DNA from: Candidatus Latescibacterota bacterium
Lineage (GTDB): Bacteria; Latescibacterota; UBA2968
DNA length: 64,000 bases
Direction of reading: 5' to 3'
NCBI GenBank assembly: GCA_965116885.1
Contig: OZ220741.1
Coordinates: 160,001-224,000 of the forward strand
Made by a program: the position numbers and the translations under genes. How positions within the stretch are numbered: the first letter of the stretch is position 1; each line of letters starts with the position of its first letter. The notes beneath the pieces were generated by a model. That model worked only from the letters and a program-made list of their open reading frames with translations. It made no database searches and was not told the origin of the DNA. Shown piece by piece: positions 9,835-19,945 of this stretch.

Positions 9835-10782
9835 TCACCGCCGCACCGCCATCAAAACAAATCCAAAAGACACCCAGAAAATTTTCCTGATACGCCGGAT
9901 CAATGCAACGCCCAATCCCAATTCGGGTGTTAACCCCAACAATTGAAAAAGAAACACATGCCCGCTCTCAAAAACGCCGACACCAGATGGAATAAAGAAA
10001 AATGCCGTGTTTATAATCAACGACAAAGACGTGAGCAAAAAAGCGGTCAAAAAAGATTGTGGCTGCCCCAACAGGCTGAGAATCGCATACACTTCAAAAG
10101 TTCCCAAAACCCAACTCAGCATGTGCAACGCCATACACAGCCAGAACCCCAGGCGATTCTGCCGGTAAAATGCCGCAATCGTCCGATCAACTTCTTCAAA
10201 CTTTTCGCGCCTCGACTCCAAAAAAGAGAGACGCAACTTCTTCAAAACATCCAGCAACCATACAGAAGCCCGTTGGCGCTGAGACACATAAGCCGCCACA
10301 ATTCCAACCGTACCCAACACCAGGGCAGCCCCCAATCCAATCTGCACCTCTACTGAAAGCGGAAACATGCCCACGGCCAACCCCGTGCCAACCAGCGCAA
10401 AAACCAGTCCGCTCACCAGTTCAACCGTCTTATTGATCACCAGAGAGGGTACACCCTGCGTCACAGAAACCCGGTCGCGCAACATATACGCTTTGGCCAC
10501 CTCACCGCCCACATGAGAAGCCGGTGTGACATTGCCAACAGCTTCTCCCGACAACTTTATGCAAAAAAGTGACCAAAAGTGCGGACGGTCGCCGTCAAAA
10601 CACATCGCCCATGCCCACGTATTGCTCACATGCCAGCCCAATGCAATGAGCAAAACAGGCACATAGCCCCACCCCATCTGCCGCACTTGCGTCCAGGCGG
10701 CGATAATCCCAACCTCGTAAATCAACACCGCCAGCAGCGTTAACCCTATTCCCCAAAACATCACCTTGCGCGCAGTTTTCAT
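9835..10782 (-). CDS. Lysylphosphatidylglycerol-synthase TM / flippase-like (YbhN/HpnL-like) membrane protein
   Basis: Multi-TM protein with TPASHVGGEVAKAY and FFIPSGVGVFE motifs of the LPG_synthase_TM family. Confidence 0.75.
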   Translation of the reverse strand: MKTARKVMFWGIGLTLLAVLIYEVGIIAAWTQVRQMGWGYVPVLLIALGWHVSNTWAWAMCFDGDRPHFWSLFCIKLSGEAVGNVTPASHVGGEVAKAYMLRDRVSVTQGVPSLVINKTVELVSGLVFALVGTGLAVGMFPLSVEVQIGLGAALVLGTVGIVAAYVSQRQRASVWLLDVLKKLRLSFLESRREKFEEVDRTIAAFYRQNRLGFWLCMALHMLSWVLGTFEVYAILSLLGQPQSFLTAFLLTSLSLIINTAFFFIPSGVGVFESGHVFLFQLLGLTPELGLGVALIRRIRKIFWVSFGFVLMAVRR

Positions 10783-10796
10783 TCACCATCTATCCC

Positions 10797-10828
10797 AAAA
10801 GAAACGGCGACCAAAATGCGCCGCCGTT
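10797..10828 (-). terminator. Putative intrinsic terminator after the TPR-PPIase gene
   Basis: AACGGCG/CGCCGTT stem followed by TCTTTT on the minus strand. Confidence 0.5.
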
Positions 10829-10855
10829 CGTCAAAAAATATCTTATAGAACACCG

Positions 10856-12364
10856 TCAATTAACCCGCATAATCACGTGATAGCCCAGAGGGGTTTTGAC
10901 AACCCCACTGACTTCATTGGGTTTGAGCTTCATCACTGCGGCTTCAAAATCCGGGTGCAAATCGCCCTTAGAGAAAAATCCCGTACTTCCGCCATTTTCT
11001 TTTGAAGGATCAATAGAATAACTCCTCGCCAAAGCGGCAAAATCTTCTCCGGCTTTGAGCTTGTTCAAAATTTCCTGAGCTTCGGGTTCCGTCTTCACCA
11101 GAATATGCCGCACCCGCATCTTCCCCGCCTGAATCGACTTAATAATATCCAGATTCCCCTGTGCATCGCGCAACGTACTGGCATCCTTGCTCTCGGCCAT
11201 TGCCGTTTCATACGCTCTTCGCGCCTTATCAAAATCTCCCCGGGCCGAATAAATAAACCCCAAATTGTTGTGAACCTCGGCATCTTTGGGATCAATCGCC
11301 AATGCCTTCTCGTAAATCACACCTGCAGAATCGACCTTCTCTTCGCCCAAATACAGCAAAGCCAACCGCTTATAGGGCGCAATCCACCTGGGCGCACGCT
11401 CGATGCAGGTCAACAACTCGGCCTTGCCCTGTGCAATATCGCCCCTGGCCACATAGACTTCTGCCAGCCTGAACCGGACCAAATTGCCATCGGGCGCGCG
11501 TTCCAAAACGCCCAGCATCTCGCCAATACTGGCATCAAAATTGCCCCGGGCCGCGTACAACTGTGCAAGTGCATCGCGCACCTCGAGATCCTCCGGAGCG
11601 AGATCGCGCACCTTTTCCCATGCTGCCTGTGCCATATCCAAAGAATCCACCTCTGCACTCATAAAACCGAGCGCGCGATACACAGATGGATCTTCTGGCG
11701 CAGTATCGACAGCCTGTCGATACGCCGCAAAAGCCTTCTGCGTCATCCCCAGCGCGTGAAAAACCCCACCTCGGTTAACCATCAACATCACATTGTCCGG
11801 ATTGGCAGCAAGGCCGCGGTCCATAACGGCGATAGCACTGAGTGTATCGCCCACTGCAATATGGGTTAGCGCCAGAGATTGATACGCCTCAATAAAATCG
11901 GAACGGCGTTTGAGTGCCGCTTCAAAATCGGCAATAGCTTCTCTGGGCTTGCCCAGATCGCTATTCAAAGATGCGCGCTCTGCCAGAAGCAAAGCGGGTT
12001 CACCGCTTTGCCCAATCCCCTGATCAAGCACAGAAAGAGCCTGAGAAAATTTGCCCTGCCGAACGAACACCAACGCCAGATCGCGATATCCGCGAACAGA
12101 ACCCGGTTTAATCTCCACCACCTTTTGAAAAGCGGCCACCGCCGCATCCAATTGCCCGGCCTCTGCATAAAGCATACCCAAAAAACCGTGCGCTGCCACA
12201 CTATCGGCATGTGCATCGACAAAAGCGCGCGCCACCTCGAGGGCGTCGTCAATTTTGCCGTCGCTGTAATGCGCCTCAATCTCTTTCAAAAACTCTCGCG
12301 CATCTACAACCGGGGCCTGAAAAAATATCATACCCCATACAAAACACAGCATCCACCGTTTCAA
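10856..12364 (-). CDS. Exported TPR-repeat protein with C-terminal parvulin (PpiC-type) PPIase
   Basis: Signal peptide, many TPRs, RHILVK...FAALARSYSIDPS...GG...FE.A...TPLGYHVI. TTG start with GGAGG SD. Confidence 0.88.
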   Translation of the reverse strand: MKRWMLCFVWGMIFFQAPVVDAREFLKEIEAHYSDGKIDDALEVARAFVDAHADSVAAHGFLGMLYAEAGQLDAAVAAFQKVVEIKPGSVRGYRDLALVFVRQGKFSQALSVLDQGIGQSGEPALLLAERASLNSDLGKPREAIADFEAALKRRSDFIEAYQSLALTHIAVGDTLSAIAVMDRGLAANPDNVMLMVNRGGVFHALGMTQKAFAAYRQAVDTAPEDPSVYRALGFMSAEVDSLDMAQAAWEKVRDLAPEDLEVRDALAQLYAARGNFDASIGEMLGVLERAPDGNLVRFRLAEVYVARGDIAQGKAELLTCIERAPRWIAPYKRLALLYLGEEKVDSAGVIYEKALAIDPKDAEVHNNLGFIYSARGDFDKARRAYETAMAESKDASTLRDAQGNLDIIKSIQAGKMRVRHILVKTEPEAQEILNKLKAGEDFAALARSYSIDPSKENGGSTGFFSKGDLHPDFEAAVMKLKPNEVSGVVKTPLGYHVIMRVN

Positions 12365-12380
12365 AACGCAACCTCCATCC

Positions 12381-12409
12381 TTGACAATAGCAACACAACA
12401 CAATATAAT
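12381..12409 (+). promoter_or_regulatory. Perfect sigma70 promoter
   Basis: TTGACA-17 nt-TATAAT, 12 nt before the ATG at 12422. Confidence 0.75.
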
Positions 12410-12421
12410 CACATCTCACTT

Positions 12422-12982
12422 ATGAAAACTCTAAAACAAAACATCGTACCACTCATAGCCTTTCTAATCGCGGGAAGTACAGCGATACTCGCTTACGACC
12501 ACTTGTCCTACGTAATTCCCTATGTGGTCTTTAAGTATCCCATCGCCATTGTCGTACTCTACGCATTTTTTCAGCTCATCGCATTTGCAGAGCGTCGCCG
12601 CAGTGCCCAACTCGACGAAGTGGGCTTGCTTCGGCCTCTGCGCGACGGCGCATTCCTCGTATGCTTGCACGCACACCTGCGCGACCTCGGCATAGACCTG
12701 AACCTGTTATCATCGGCATCCAGCATGCACCTCGCCCTGTTGTCCTGGGCGGTCGCCCTCATCGGATATTATGCCCTTGAGCAACCCGGGGGACTACCTG
12801 GTCGCACAATTAAAATCCTGTCCTCTCCTGCCACGCGCATCACAATCTGTCGCGGACTCATCATCTCGGGACTACTGGGCGTAATCGGTACATTCGCGGC
12901 AATTGTGCAACCCCTCTGGCTCGGCCTCCCCCTGCTTCTGGTATTCATTCGCGCCTATCTGCGTTCCGGAGACGGATCGTGA
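12422..12982 (+). CDS. Hypothetical membrane protein
   Basis: Hydrophobic ORF starting MKTLKQNIVP after the consensus promoter. GTGA overlap with the EamA gene. Confidence 0.65.
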   Translation: MKTLKQNIVPLIAFLIAGSTAILAYDHLSYVIPYVVFKYPIAIVVLYAFFQLIAFAERRRSAQLDEVGLLRPLRDGAFLVCLHAHLRDLGIDLNLLSSASSMHLALLSWAVALIGYYALEQPGGLPGRTIKILSSPATRITICRGLIISGLLGVIGTFAAIVQPLWLGLPLLLVFIRAYLRSGDGS

Positions 12983-13863
12983 ACGTAGAAAATGAACGCC
13001 TCAACACCCGCGCCGCCCTGCTCAACCTCTTGACAGCAATCCTCTGGGGCGGCAATTCCGTATCCATCAAAATGGGGCTATCCGGTATTCCGCCGCTTTG
13101 CCTGGCCGGTATGCGCTTTTTGCTCGGCGGACTCGTCGTCTATATCTGGACACTTCCGCTGAAAATCGACCTGAAACTCAAATCCAACGAAAGACGAGGC
13201 ATTATCGGCCTCATTTTTCTTTTTCTCGCACAGATCTACCTGCTCAATGCGGGAACCGATTACACCCTCGCCAGCCGCTCGACCATCTTTATATCGGCCT
13301 ATCCCTTCTTCACCGCCTCATTTGCACATATCTTTATACCGGGCGACAAAATCAGCACGCGCAAAATGATCGGCATGGTATTGTCTTTTCTCGGTGTAAT
13401 ACTCATCTTTGCCGAAAGCCTATCACTCGGCGAACTTCAACATCTTTTAGGGGACATCCTCGTACTCGCAAGTGCCGCTCTCCTCGGCGCTCGCCAGGTT
13501 TATCTCAAGCGTCTCGTCCAGAACATACACCCTGGAAAAGTCTTGATCTGGCAATCCGCACCCAGCGTACCCATCTTTTTTTTACTCAGTACACTATTTG
13601 AAACACAGGCCATTCAACTCGATATCCGCGTCCTGAGTGCCGTTCTCTATCAGGGGCTCGTCGTCGCGGGATTCTGCTTTATCCTCCTCACCAGCCTGCT
13701 GAAACGCTATTCAGCCAGCCGCCTCTCTGTATTTGGATTCATCACCCCAATTGTCGGCGTCGTCGTCAGCAACCTCCTCCTCGGCGACCCCATCTCACCC
13801 ATCCTCCTACTCAGCCTCGCACTCGTGGGCATCGGCATCACCATTGTCAATACATCCCAGTGA
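12979..13863 (+). CDS. DMT/EamA-family transporter
   Basis: ILWGGN...IK, P..LAGMRF, two EamA repeats, about 10 TM segments. Confidence 0.88.
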   Translation: MNVENERLNTRAALLNLLTAILWGGNSVSIKMGLSGIPPLCLAGMRFLLGGLVVYIWTLPLKIDLKLKSNERRGIIGLIFLFLAQIYLLNAGTDYTLASRSTIFISAYPFFTASFAHIFIPGDKISTRKMIGMVLSFLGVILIFAESLSLGELQHLLGDILVLASAALLGARQVYLKRLVQNIHPGKVLIWQSAPSVPIFFLLSTLFETQAIQLDIRVLSAVLYQGLVVAGFCFILLTSLLKRYSASRLSVFGFITPIVGVVVSNLLLGDPISPILLLSLALVGIGITIVNTSQ

Positions 13864-13944
13864 GCAAAAGCACAGCCTATCAATCTATGCGGTCTCATTA
13901 TACGCCGCAAGAAAAAACTGGTTTCAGAACCCAATGTACGCGCT

Positions 13945-15324
13945 TTACCCGAGCCGAATATCCGGCAACTCAAAATCGTCGCCCGTGTCTTCAATCCACT
14001 GCGCGAGGCGCGCGTGGCACCTCTCCTTCTCCTTCTGAAACGCCCTGTTATAGACGTAATTCGCCTGTTCGTAGGGATCATCCGCCGTATTGAAAAGCAA
14101 CCAATCATTACCCGGCGTACAGGCGTATTTCCACCCATCTCGCATCACCACAGCCCGCCACGCCTTATTCACAGTATGCGAATGCATCTTTCGGGGAATC
14201 TGCTGTAAATACGCCGAATCGGGTTCTGCATTTCTATTGGGCTTGCCTTTGAACTCAGCGGCATTGCTGGAAATACAGTGCCCCGAATAATCGTGTCCGA
14301 CCATATCCTCGGGAACGGAAATACCGCAAAGACCCAGCGTAGTAGGTGCAATATCGACGTGATTGATCACCGCATCCGTAGATCCCGTATTCATATTAGC
14401 ACCCCCCCCCACTTTGCCGATAATAAACGGAATGCGGACCGACTCTTCCCACGGCGATGATTTGCCCGTCTGCGCGTGGCTCCACAGCATATCGCCGTGA
14501 TCGGAAAAGAAAATCAGGTATGTCTCCCGATCAACACCCATATCTTTGAGCGCCATGCGAATCCGTCCCACATTGTAATCCAGATTCTCCACCATCGCGT
14601 AATAACCCGCATGATCCAGGGCTGCCCGCTCGCGGATCCGGGGAACAACCGGCACATTGCGCCGAAGCTGAATATCCGACGGATGAATCCGGGGCGCTCC
14701 GCCATCTGGATTGGTAGGCGGCACAAAAGGATTGTGGGGCGGCTGCACCGAAAGCACGGCAAAAAACGGCTGATAGTCTTCTTCATCACCCACATGATCC
14801 GCGAGATGGTCTAAAAACAAAGACGTCAGGCTATCCGTTTCGTACCCTTCCAGACGCCGGGGCGTTTCGCCCTCCGAACCATAAACATAGCACTCGTTCT
14901 GATTGTTATTATTCTCATACCCCATCCAGTACTGAAAATTCCCCCTGCGCTCGTGAGGAACACAGTTCTCCCGCGCATTGGACCCGTCCAAATGCCACTT
15001 GCCGACATAAGCCGTGTGATACCCCGCATCATTAAAAGGCATAGCAACAGTCGGAATCGCCGGATCCAGTGGAGACGGCGTCTGCGTCACCCCATTCTGA
15101 TGCGGATAAGTACCCGTCATTAGTGCGCCGCGAAAAGGCGAACACCACGGCGCACCGGAAACCGCGCAGTCAAAACGCATCCCCTCGCGCGCGAGATTGT
15201 CGATATTCGGCGTAAACACATTGGGATCGCCCCGATAGCTCAATGCATGCGCGCGGTGCTGATCGCCAAAAATCCAGATTACATTGGGTTTGCGTACAGG
15301 ACGAAACGAAAATTTCTCACTCAT
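13945..15324 (-). CDS. Sulfatase (Cys-type, FGly-dependent)
   Basis: KPNVIWIFGDQHR, CSPFRGALMTG (CxPxR), GKWHL, SDHGD, DPYE. Confidence 0.92.
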   Translation of the reverse strand: MSEKFSFRPVRKPNVIWIFGDQHRAHALSYRGDPNVFTPNIDNLAREGMRFDCAVSGAPWCSPFRGALMTGTYPHQNGVTQTPSPLDPAIPTVAMPFNDAGYHTAYVGKWHLDGSNARENCVPHERRGNFQYWMGYENNNNQNECYVYGSEGETPRRLEGYETDSLTSLFLDHLADHVGDEEDYQPFFAVLSVQPPHNPFVPPTNPDGGAPRIHPSDIQLRRNVPVVPRIRERAALDHAGYYAMVENLDYNVGRIRMALKDMGVDRETYLIFFSDHGDMLWSHAQTGKSSPWEESVRIPFIIGKVGGGANMNTGSTDAVINHVDIAPTTLGLCGISVPEDMVGHDYSGHCISSNAAEFKGKPNRNAEPDSAYLQQIPRKMHSHTVNKAWRAVVMRDGWKYACTPGNDWLLFNTADDPYEQANYVYNRAFQKEKERCHARLAQWIEDTGDDFELPDIRLG

Positions 15325-15337
15325 CGTAAAAACCTTT

Positions 15338-17884
15338 CTAATGCTCATGCCCGTGATCGTGCAGGGGCGTATGATCGTGATAAATACCGTGCTTGTGCAT
15401 CTGCTGGTGCAAGCGATTGTGCGCGGCCTCCAGCGTAGCGCGCATCTGTTTCAGACGCCTTGCTTCGGGTCGCGGAGCGAGCGTATCCAGATAGGCTATT
15501 GCCCCTTCGATCTGTTCCAAAACCGTCGTCGCATCCACCTGTGAAAAAATGGGCCTACCCTCCACAACCACCTGCACGGCACTCGTATGTGCGGCAATCT
15601 CCCCGTGCTGCCCCTTATAACTCCCGCGCACCCTCAGAGCAATCCACGTCGAATCCTCCACCCGTACCTCCGCACTCCCCGACGCAGACAGGCCCTTATC
15701 CACATTCACCTGCTCATGCGTCAGCCCGCCCACAACGACCTCGACCTGATCAATCGGCAAACGCACCGACGCCACCTCCCACGTCACATTGACCGTCCCG
15801 CCAGAGGAAGGCAACTCCACCCGTGAACCGGGCGCCTTCCCCTCCACCTGAATCTCCGCCAGAGGTCCCACCGTCACAAACGTATGACCCGCTTTTGTCT
15901 CCGCCATCCAGTTCTCATAGCTGAACTCGCGATCTCCCAGATGCGTATAAGTGCGCACCCCGCCGAGTTGCGATGCCGCCGCCATCTTATCCGACCCGCC
16001 CACAACCGGAATGTGGTATCCCAAATTCAAATAGCGGTACCAATCGGCAATCCCATAGGGATTGATCTGTGCATTGTGCGGATTAAACGTCATCATCTCC
16101 ATCGCGTGGATCAGACCCAGCACAATATCAGCCGCGCGTTCGCACTGCGGATTTGGGCCGTGCGGCATCACCACCAGTCCCCCCTGATCAATACACTGCT
16201 GCGCCCATTCCGCCATCGTCACCTCCTGCGCATCTCCCAGCGCGGATTCCGACGGTCCCCCCGAACACAGCGGATGAATCATAAGCCCCGAATACCCCAG
16301 CAGCGAAATATGCCCGAGCACCTGCATGCGATTCTCGGTGCCAACGCGCACGAGAAACTCGCCATCCCCACCAAAATCCCGCGCGCCAAAAGTCGTCTTA
16401 CCGTCAAAATCCGACACATTGCTGAACATTTCCCCCCACTGGCTCGCCAGCAAATTCACCACATTCACACCCTCGCCCTCGCCTTCCAGAAGCGCCGTTT
16501 GCGGACTCAAAAAATGCACATGCGTATCGGCTGTCACCCACCCTTTTTCCCGCCACTTGAGCACGCGATCAATCTCAAAAGTCACCACATCGGTATCGGG
16601 ACCAACCGTAAACTTTTCGCGAATCGGCGCAATCTCATACCCCTTCTGGATATCGACATACACATCGCCCAAAGGCAGATCTGCCACGCATTCCCCCGGA
16701 ATATAACAATACTGATTCATCCCATTGACATATTCGCCGTAATTATCCTCAAACCAGTGTGGATTCACCTTGCGATGATACCCCTTAGGCGGCAAATATT
16801 CCCCGGCCTCGCCGTGCATGTGCAACCGCACAGCAACCGGCGTCTCTGTCCCTTTCTCCACCACCCGAATTGCAACCGGACGAAGTGCGGACTGCACCTC
16901 GACAATCTCCCTTGCATCTGCCAGATCGTAACTCTGCACCTCGCCATCCCCCTCCACATCCACATAAAGCTTCCCCTGCGGGTGTGCGATATACTCGACA
17001 ACCACCTCAGAAGAAGACCGCTCGGGCTGCACATCCACCTCTGTGCTCAACCAGCGTTCCGCATCGTAATCCAGCACCGCCCGCGCCGACATCACCACAC
17101 CCAGATCAATATCTATATCTTCAAACTCGCCATTTCTGTTCAACTCCGCGCCCTCCGGCAATGCCAACTTCAATTTCTGGCGCACCCCCGGTCGCAGCGG
17201 ATGATCGGCGACCTGTGTATGCGTGATCCCCAGCACCAGCGACCGCTCGTTCCTGGAGACCAATGTCAGATGCCCAATGGGCTTTTCCGGATAGGGATTG
17301 GGCAACGCATAAACCCACAACTTTATGCGCCCGCCATCTCGTCCCGAACTGTGCCGCGTCTCTGCGCGACCATAAGCCGATGCAGGACGCCGTCCCAGAC
17401 CGTGTTCATCCGTCGCCCCCATCACAACCCCTGGTTTCGCCGCAGGCATCGCTGCAAATGCACTTGCCCCCCACCCAATACGAGACTGTTGAATCGCAAA
17501 CCGGCGCAAAATGCGCGTCGGCTCGGACGCTCCATCTTCATATTCCAACACGTAATCCGACACGTGATCGCCGAGTTCATTGCCATCCATAGCAAAATCG
17601 GCCAACCCCTCCTGATAATTACTCACGCGATTTTCGACCCCGTGCAAAAACACCACATAGCTCGCCTTCACACCGCCCATATCGACGCGCACAGCATCGC
17701 CATCGAGCAATATACCATTCGGTTCATCTGGCGCACCCAATTCAAAAGGCATACCCAGAATGGACTGACCACCATACATCGCACCCAAATCCTCGCCACC
17801 AAACCCATCCAATTGCACGCGATCCACATTGTAATTTTCCGCCAGCGAAACAGGCGTAAAATGTTCAGATGGGGGAATATTCAT
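15338..17884 (-). CDS. CehA/McbA-family PHP-like metallohydrolase with His-rich C-terminus
   Basis: ADTHVH, ENR...GH, MPH, WYRYLNLG..IP..GGSD, FVTVGP, AAHTS motifs. Confidence 0.7.
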   Translation of the reverse strand: MNIPPSEHFTPVSLAENYNVDRVQLDGFGGEDLGAMYGGQSILGMPFELGAPDEPNGILLDGDAVRVDMGGVKASYVVFLHGVENRVSNYQEGLADFAMDGNELGDHVSDYVLEYEDGASEPTRILRRFAIQQSRIGWGASAFAAMPAAKPGVVMGATDEHGLGRRPASAYGRAETRHSSGRDGGRIKLWVYALPNPYPEKPIGHLTLVSRNERSLVLGITHTQVADHPLRPGVRQKLKLALPEGAELNRNGEFEDIDIDLGVVMSARAVLDYDAERWLSTEVDVQPERSSSEVVVEYIAHPQGKLYVDVEGDGEVQSYDLADAREIVEVQSALRPVAIRVVEKGTETPVAVRLHMHGEAGEYLPPKGYHRKVNPHWFEDNYGEYVNGMNQYCYIPGECVADLPLGDVYVDIQKGYEIAPIREKFTVGPDTDVVTFEIDRVLKWREKGWVTADTHVHFLSPQTALLEGEGEGVNVVNLLASQWGEMFSNVSDFDGKTTFGARDFGGDGEFLVRVGTENRMQVLGHISLLGYSGLMIHPLCSGGPSESALGDAQEVTMAEWAQQCIDQGGLVVMPHGPNPQCERAADIVLGLIHAMEMMTFNPHNAQINPYGIADWYRYLNLGYHIPVVGGSDKMAAASQLGGVRTYTHLGDREFSYENWMAETKAGHTFVTVGPLAEIQVEGKAPGSRVELPSSGGTVNVTWEVASVRLPIDQVEVVVGGLTHEQVNVDKGLSASGSAEVRVEDSTWIALRVRGSYKGQHGEIAAHTSAVQVVVEGRPIFSQVDATTVLEQIEGAIAYLDTLAPRPEARRLKQMRATLEAAHNRLHQQMHKHGIYHDHTPLHDHGHEH

Positions 17885-17896
17885 AGCACACCTCGT

Positions 17897-19765
17897 TTAA
17901 AAGAAATACCGCTCATTTTTCACCATCACCTCAAACTCCGCTCTCGCCTTCTGCACCTCTTCCACCGTCGAAACCTCGGCAACCGGCACATCCCACCAAC
18001 TCTCGTAGCCCGGCACGCGCACCTCGCGATCGACCTCCACCGCAATCACCGTCGTGCGATCCACAGATCGCGCCTCTTCAATCGCCCTCATCAACCCTTC
18101 TCTGCCCTCGGGCCGCAACACATAAGCACCCAAACTCTCGGCATTTGTCGCCAAATCGGTCGGCACATTTTCGCCATCCAATAGCCCCGTCCGCTCATCG
18201 CGCATCCTGTACTCTGTCCCAAACTCATCCGCCCCCACAGCATCCGACAACCCCCCGATACTCGCAAAACCGTGATTATCCAGCAGCACAATATTCAGCT
18301 TAATCCCCTCCTGCACCGCCGTCGCAATCTCCTGCGCCATCATCAAATACGACCCATCCCCAACCATCACATACACCTCCCGGGAGGGATCGGCCATCTT
18401 AATGCCCAGCCCTCCGGCAATCTCGTATCCCATGCACGAATATCCATACTCCAGGTGGTACCCCTTGGGATTGCGCGTCCGCCACAACTTGTGGAGATCG
18501 CCCGGCATACTGCCCGCTGCACAAATCATCACATCCTCCGGCGCCGAACCTTCATTCACCGCGCCAATCACTTCACCCTGACTCAAAATGGGCCGATGCC
18601 CCAAATTGTAAATGCGATCCACCTCGGCCTCCCACGCCTCCCGAAAAGCGGCAACCCGCTGTGTCAAATCCCCCGACACGCGATATCCCTGCACCGCTTC
18701 TGTCAATTCTTCCAATACCACCCGCGCATCGCCCACCAGCGGCAGCGCCCCGTGTTTGGCCGCGTCAAATTCCGCCACATTAATCGCGATAAATTTCACA
18801 TCTGGATTTTGAAACGCCGTCTTTGAAGCCGTCGTAAAATCGCTCAACCGCGTACCAATCGCGATCACCAGATCCGCTTCCCGCGCGACAATATTCGCCC
18901 CCGGTGTGCCCGTCACACCCACCGCACCCAGATTATTGGCGTGGTCGTAATTAAGCGACCCCTTGCCCGCCTGTGTCTCCCCCACTGGCATACCCGTCTG
19001 CTCGACAAATGCCGCCAGCGCATCTGTCGCCTCGCTGTACAACACGCCCCCGCCCGCAATCACCATCGGTTGCACACTCTCCCGAATCCACGCCGCTGCT
19101 TTTGACACCAGATCGCGATCCGGCCGGTTGCGCGGCACCACCCACACCCGTCTTTCAAACAACGCTTCGGGATAATCAAACGCCTCTGTCTGCGTATCCT
19201 GCGGACAACACAGCGTCACAGCACCCGTCTCAACAGGCGACGTCAAAACCCGCATCGCCTCGGGCAATGCCAAAATCGCCTGATCCGCCCGATTCAACCG
19301 ATCCCAGTACCGCGACACCGGCTTAAAACAATCATTCACAGAAATATCCTGCGACGCATTGGACTCCAACTGCTGCAACACAGGCGCCACATTTCGCCGC
19401 GCAAAAATATCACCCGGCAACAACAACACCGGCAAACGATTAATCGTCGCCGTTGCCGCGCCCGTCACCATATTCGTCGCCCCCGGTCCAATCGACGTCG
19501 TACACGCCAGCGTACCCAACCGATTCTTCATCTTGGCATAAGCCGCAGCCGTATGCACCATCGCCTGTTCATTGCGCGTCTGGTAATACCGAAACTCATC
19601 GCGATATTCATGCAGCGCCTGACCAATCCCCGCCACATTCCCATGCCCAAAAATACCCGACATCCCCGCAAAAAAGGGCTGTTCAACCCCATCGCGCGAA
19701 ACGTACTGCGCCCTCAAAAACTGAACAATCGCCTGTGCCATTGTCAATCGTCGCGTCTTTGCCAT
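17897..19765 (-). CDS. iolD: 3D-(3,5/4)-trihydroxycyclohexane-1,2-dione acylhydrolase (decyclizing)
   Basis: RLTMAQA, GIFGHGNVAGIGQAL, EYGYSCMGYE, TPP motif GDGSYLM...NHG, SWWDVPVAEVS. Confidence 0.93.
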   Translation of the reverse strand: MAKTRRLTMAQAIVQFLRAQYVSRDGVEQPFFAGMSGIFGHGNVAGIGQALHEYRDEFRYYQTRNEQAMVHTAAAYAKMKNRLGTLACTTSIGPGATNMVTGAATATINRLPVLLLPGDIFARRNVAPVLQQLESNASQDISVNDCFKPVSRYWDRLNRADQAILALPEAMRVLTSPVETGAVTLCCPQDTQTEAFDYPEALFERRVWVVPRNRPDRDLVSKAAAWIRESVQPMVIAGGGVLYSEATDALAAFVEQTGMPVGETQAGKGSLNYDHANNLGAVGVTGTPGANIVAREADLVIAIGTRLSDFTTASKTAFQNPDVKFIAINVAEFDAAKHGALPLVGDARVVLEELTEAVQGYRVSGDLTQRVAAFREAWEAEVDRIYNLGHRPILSQGEVIGAVNEGSAPEDVMICAAGSMPGDLHKLWRTRNPKGYHLEYGYSCMGYEIAGGLGIKMADPSREVYVMVGDGSYLMMAQEIATAVQEGIKLNIVLLDNHGFASIGGLSDAVGADEFGTEYRMRDERTGLLDGENVPTDLATNAESLGAYVLRPEGREGLMRAIEEARSVDRTTVIAVEVDREVRVPGYESWWDVPVAEVSTVEEVQKARAEFEVMVKNERYFF

Positions 19766-19783
19766 GTTATGCCTCGTGAATAA

Positions 19784-19819
19784 AATCAACGAATCAACGA
19801 ATCAACGAATCAACGAATC
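19784..19819. repeat. Octamer tandem repeat (AATCAACG) x4.5
   Basis: Read directly from the sequence. Confidence 0.95.
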
Positions 19820-19852
19820 CCGCCCATCCTCCCAAAATCAGTGCGTATCGCC

Positions 19853-19945
19853 ATTCGTCTATTCGTCTATTCGTCTATTCGTCTATTCGTCTATTCGTCT
19901 ATTCGTCTATTCGTCTATTCGTCTATTCGTCTATTCGTCTATTCG
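19853..19945. repeat. Octamer tandem repeat (ATTCGTCT) x11 plus partial unit
   Basis: Read directly. Contains the stop codon of the PhyH gene (19931-19933). Confidence 0.95.

Noticed and set aside
11879..12421. N-terminal half of the 367-aa ORF
   Set aside because: Overlaps the TPR-PPIase antisense; the consensus promoter places the real start at 12422.
15884..18184. 766-aa plus-strand ORF
   Set aside because: Antisense shadow of the CehA/McbA-like gene and iolD; no motifs, and a His/Arg/Ile-rich composition typical of reverse frames.
19784..19945. Possible CRISPR array
   Set aside because: 8-bp units with no unique spacers and no cas genes.
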